Assembly: GCA_029858255.1 (NCBI GenBank)
Contig: JAOUFJ010000002.1
Location: forward strand, 138,637 to 202,636
Reading direction: 5' to 3'
DNA from: a candidate division WOR-3 bacterium
GTDB lineage: Bacteria > Hydrothermota > Tepidihabitantia > SM23-42
Length of the DNA: 64,000 nucleotides
The position numbers and the translations under genes were made by a program. Below the pieces are notes generated by a model. The model had not been told where the DNA came from. It searched no databases and saw nothing but the letters and a program-made list of their open reading frames with translations. Below, one piece after another: positions 61,293 to 64,000 of the stretch; the first letter of the stretch is position 1; every line of letters starts with the position of its first letter.

Positions 61293-61706
61293 CTAAGCAT
61301 CTTCGGTCTTAGGCGTGGTCTTTGCTCTCTCCTCGAGTTTTCGCATGAGAGAATTAAGCATCTTCCCTACATCAGTGCACGTCTCAATCCACGGTTTCAC
61401 GATTTCGTTTTCCATACAATGACAATCGGCAAGTTTGATAAGCCAATTCTCTGTTTCTGCAGCACTGCAGTGCGCCGTTTCAAGGTATCGAACATATTTT
61501 CTGCGGCCCCTCGAATAGAATCCCTCAGCAATGCTCGCACTGATGTTCCCGGAGCTCCTCAGTAGCTGCTCAAGGATGATCCCAGCTGTTGTCGTCCGCG
61601 GCAGTTTGTCTATCGTATGGTATATCGACACGAATAGATCATGTGACTTCTGCCACACTCTCAGGTCTGTAAAATGCTTTATCGTTTTGTGCTCATTAGG
61701 TTCCAT
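61293..61706 (-). CDS. Four helix bundle protein (23S rRNA IVS-like family)
   Basis: FTDLRVWQKSH, QLLRSSGNISASIAEG, YL..A..SAAETENWL; AGGAGG RBS before MEPNE. Confidence 0.9.
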   Translation of the reverse strand: MEPNEHKTIKHFTDLRVWQKSHDLFVSIYHTIDKLPRTTTAGIILEQLLRSSGNISASIAEGFYSRGRRKYVRYLETAHCSAAETENWLIKLADCHCMENEIVKPWIETCTDVGKMLNSLMRKLEERAKTTPKTEDA

Positions 61707-61851
61707 AGTGTTTCCTCCTAATATTAATACAAGTTCCAGGAAGGTAATAACAACACTCGACCGTTGAGTGCTTTCCATACGGTATGGTTCTGTCCAATTT
61801 TAGGATTCGATGTGAGAAAATGAGTCTGTATTTGTGTTCTTAATAGAAGAG

Positions 61852-61945
61852 TGGCGGAGGCGTGTAGGAATCGAACCTACCGTCCCCCTTTCGAAGGACA
61901 TCCGGGTTTGAAGCCCGTCAGGCACACCAGCACCCATCCGCCTCC
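61852..61945 (-). tRNA. selC: tRNA-Sec (UCA)
   Basis: 94 nt GGAGGCGG...CGGG-CTTCAAA-CCCG anticodon arm with TCA, long variable arm, GGTTCGATTCC, 3' GCCA. Confidence 0.95.
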
Positions 61946-61977
61946 ACGAAATTTCCCCAAATCTTTGATTTGGCTGG

Positions 61978-62270
61978 AAATTTCAGTGGCCTCGTTCCAA
62001 TCCTTCTGGAATGAGGCATCCTCAATCTTAAAACCCCAAATCTTTGATCTGCCTACAAATTTCAGTGGCCTCGTTCCAATCCTTCTGGAATGAGGCATCC
62101 TCAATCTTAAAACCCCAAATCTTTGATCTGCCTACAAATTTCAGTGGCCTCGTTCCAATCCTTCTGGAATGAGGCATCTTTAATTTCAATATCCCAAATC
62201 TTCGATCTGCCTACAAATTTCAGTGGCCTCGTTCCAATCCTTCTGGAATGAGGCATCTTTAATTTCAAAA
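61978..62270. repeat. Tandem array of four 79-bp units, each with an 11-bp hairpin (REP-like)
   Basis: AAATTTCAGTGGCCTCGTTCCAATCCTTCTGGAATGAGGCATC starts at 61978, 62057, 62136 and 62215. Confidence 0.92.
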
Positions 62271-62337
62271 ATCCACCAAATTTCATATTTAGCTACAAAT
62301 TTTAACCTCCCAACCTCATCTAGGGACCGCTACTTGG

Positions 62338-62366
62338 ATTCTACCGAAAATCGGGTATAAAGTCAA
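62338..62366 (-). promoter_or_regulatory. Probable selC promoter TTGACT-17-TAGAAT
   Basis: Minus-strand consensus-like promoter upstream of the repeat array and tRNA-Sec. Confidence 0.65.
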
Positions 62367-62388
62367 GATACGCAGTCGAAGAGTCACA

Positions 62389-63522
62389 TCACCTGCCCCA
62401 ACCGACGCCGAGCGGCACATATTGAACAGTCATGCCAAATACCCATTCTTTGCTGCCTGAAATGAAAACCCCTGGACTGAACGGCCCCAACTTAAGAATA
62501 CCGGGGTAAATGTTCAATCTAATCCTGTATTCTGGCGCCGTGGAGACCATAAGAGCAGCAAGAAGTGAATTGTTACGATCATAGAACACTCCCGCGCGCC
62601 AGGTCAGAACCGCAGTGAGCACCCTGCCCGTATCCTCTTGTGCTACTCTGACGAGATTCTCCACCAAGAAGCCGCCAGCGATGCTGAGAGCTTGTCCATC
62701 AACCCAGCGATGCGTGACCCCGAACATACCATGTAGACCGAAATGTGTCATCAAATGCCAGTTTTTTTCTTTCGTAAGGGGATATTTTGCGACATAAAAC
62801 TGTCCCATATTCTCAAGATTGCCGTTTCTGAGATTGATAACGGGCTGCATCGACCACTCGGCAAGGTTCAATTTCTCGGAGAAGAAACGACAAAGCCTAT
62901 CACTGGAAAAGAGCAGCATGCCGGCGGGATCAAAAATGAACAAATCCGCAAGATGATCTACGCTCAACTCTTCATTGCCTCTATTCTCAATGATCTCTGA
63001 TAGGGCATGATAAGCCAGCATCGTACCAACAGACCAGAGCCTCGGGACTCCGAATCCGTGATACCGGTACCACTCCTCTGTTGCCCGGAAGTGCATACCG
63101 CCACCTATCACATGCAGAAAATAGTTGGGAACCCATTGATTACCCCTCTCCTTAACTGTCAGAGGCAGAACCTCAGTGGATATGAAACGCCACCATCCAA
63201 AACCGTTTATCGTACGCAGCGGATGCCGCACGGTTTCCCACACGTTTCTACCCCATTCTCCGTAAGGATACGTAAAGATCATCCTATCGTACTCATCGTA
63301 TTTAGGAATTTGCAGAATACCATACCCACCGTTAATAATAACGTTCATGGGATTATAGTTCGCCTGTGTTCCGTAGGGCAATGCATGATAAAAAAAGTAT
63401 GGGATCGTATCACTTGTCGGAAATACGTCAGTCTTCCCCTGCTCGGCGGCAGGATGAGCGACCGATACCACCTGAGCAGATAGCAGCAATATAATACCCG
63501 GGAAAATTACCTTAATGTTGAT
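62389..63522 (-). CDS. Hypothetical exported / outer-membrane-like protein (apparent ATC start)
   Basis: 366-aa ORF extends 11 codons to an ATC 5 nt after TTGACC-16-TAGAAT, giving signal peptide (M)NIKVIFPGIILLLSA; beta-strand-rich C-terminus. Confidence 0.65.
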   Translation of the reverse strand: MNIKVIFPGIILLLSAQVVSVAHPAAEQGKTDVFPTSDTIPYFFYHALPYGTQANYNPMNVIINGGYGILQIPKYDEYDRMIFTYPYGEWGRNVWETVRHPLRTINGFGWWRFISTEVLPLTVKERGNQWVPNYFLHVIGGGMHFRATEEWYRYHGFGVPRLWSVGTMLAYHALSEIIENRGNEELSVDHLADLFIFDPAGMLLFSSDRLCRFFSEKLNLAEWSMQPVINLRNGNLENMGQFYVAKYPLTKEKNWHLMTHFGLHGMFGVTHRWVDGQALSIAGGFLVENLVRVAQEDTGRVLTAVLTWRAGVFYDRNNSLLAALMVSTAPEYRIRLNIYPGILKLGPFSPGVFISGSKEWVFGMTVQYVPLGVGWGR

Positions 63523-63623
63523 TACTCATTCTACACGTTTTTAGTAATTGGTCAAGGGCATGGGTATGAGTTGACATGACGTAGCATAATGATTATCATT
63601 AGTCCGAATGAGGAGGCAAGAAA

Positions 63624-64000
63624 ATGCTCAGCCGATATAAGTCTATTTTTTTGATACTTAACATAAGCGCAATACTGGGATTTTCAATACCATCGATAAT
63701 CTTTGCCATGCCGGCGCAGCATCAAGTTGATGCACCTCACTCTTGCATAGTGGGCAGGGCACTGGAACATCCAAAGAACCTACGCGACTACACAATTGAG
63801 ACTTGCGCGATATTGATACAATTCAGCGACAACCCGGCTAACACAACCGAGCACTCGCCGGCAAGATATGACAGCATGTTCTTTTCAACCGGTGTCTACA
63901 ATGGTCAGTACCGCGTCGGTAGTTTGAATGACTTCTTCCTAGAAAATTCATATGGTACAACCGATGTTACGGGTGGCATTGCCGGAAATCAATGGCACAT
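63624..64000 (+). CDS. M6 (immune inhibitor A-like) metalloprotease, N-terminal part (truncated by window edge)
   Basis: GAGGAGG RBS, signal peptide ...FAMPA, ILIQFSD, GSLNDFFLENSYG. Confidence 0.75.
   Translation, partial: MLSRYKSIFLILNISAILGFSIPSIIFAMPAQHQVDAPHSCIVGRALEHPKNLRDYTIETCAILIQFSDNPANTTEHSPARYDSMFFSTGVYNGQYRVGSLNDFFLENSYGTTDVTGGIAGNQWH

Noticed and set aside
61851-62104. ORFs 61851..62093 and 61877..62104, and likewise 11987..12391 and 12088..12435
   Set aside because: They overlap tRNA genes, repeats or the antisense strand of tig and show no protein features.
61978-62270. CRISPR array
   Set aside because: The segments between the palindromic cores are identical or near-identical rather than unique spacers, and no cas genes are in the window.

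Overview
Bacterial chromosomal window, GC estimated by eye at about 45%. It looks like an anaerobic FCB-group organism, probably WOR-3-like (inferred from secreted proteins with FlgD/T9SS-like C-terminal domains and a PorX-like regulator). The first ~43 kb is mostly housekeeping: argF, tRNA-Leu-tig-clpP-clpX, nucleotide-sugar genes, recJ-like, mglA-like, tRNA-Ile2, mcsA/mcsB, lolCDE-like, lysS, an ECF sigma/anti-sigma pair, and a Y1/RAYT-type transposase with 32-bp inverted ends. The main feature is a selenium island at ~43.6-62.4 kb carrying the full Sec machinery (selD, itself a selenoprotein; selA; selB; tRNA-Sec). It also contains in-frame UGA reading frames that the ORF track truncates or misses: an Omp28-like UxxC secreted protein, a 79-aa DUF4242-like protein, and a possible Sec-containing leader peptide. 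Each UGA is followed at similar spacing by a SECIS-like hairpin. Between selD and selA lies a co-oriented block: a ferredoxin:thioredoxin reductase subunit, a double-cubane-type reductase with its ATPase activator, a SAM methyltransferase, a corrinoid protein, two MtaA/UroD-type methyltransferases, and a second dehydratase-type heterodimer with its activator. I propose this as a candidate system for methyl-selenium (de)methylation or selenium scavenging. Other patterns are four 79-bp hairpin repeats in the tRNA-Sec leader, a dispersed 67-bp intergenic element (4 copies), frequent 16-bp-spacer sigma70 promoters with leaderless starts, and two apparent non-AUG starts. All family calls come from motif recognition by eye; no searches were run.
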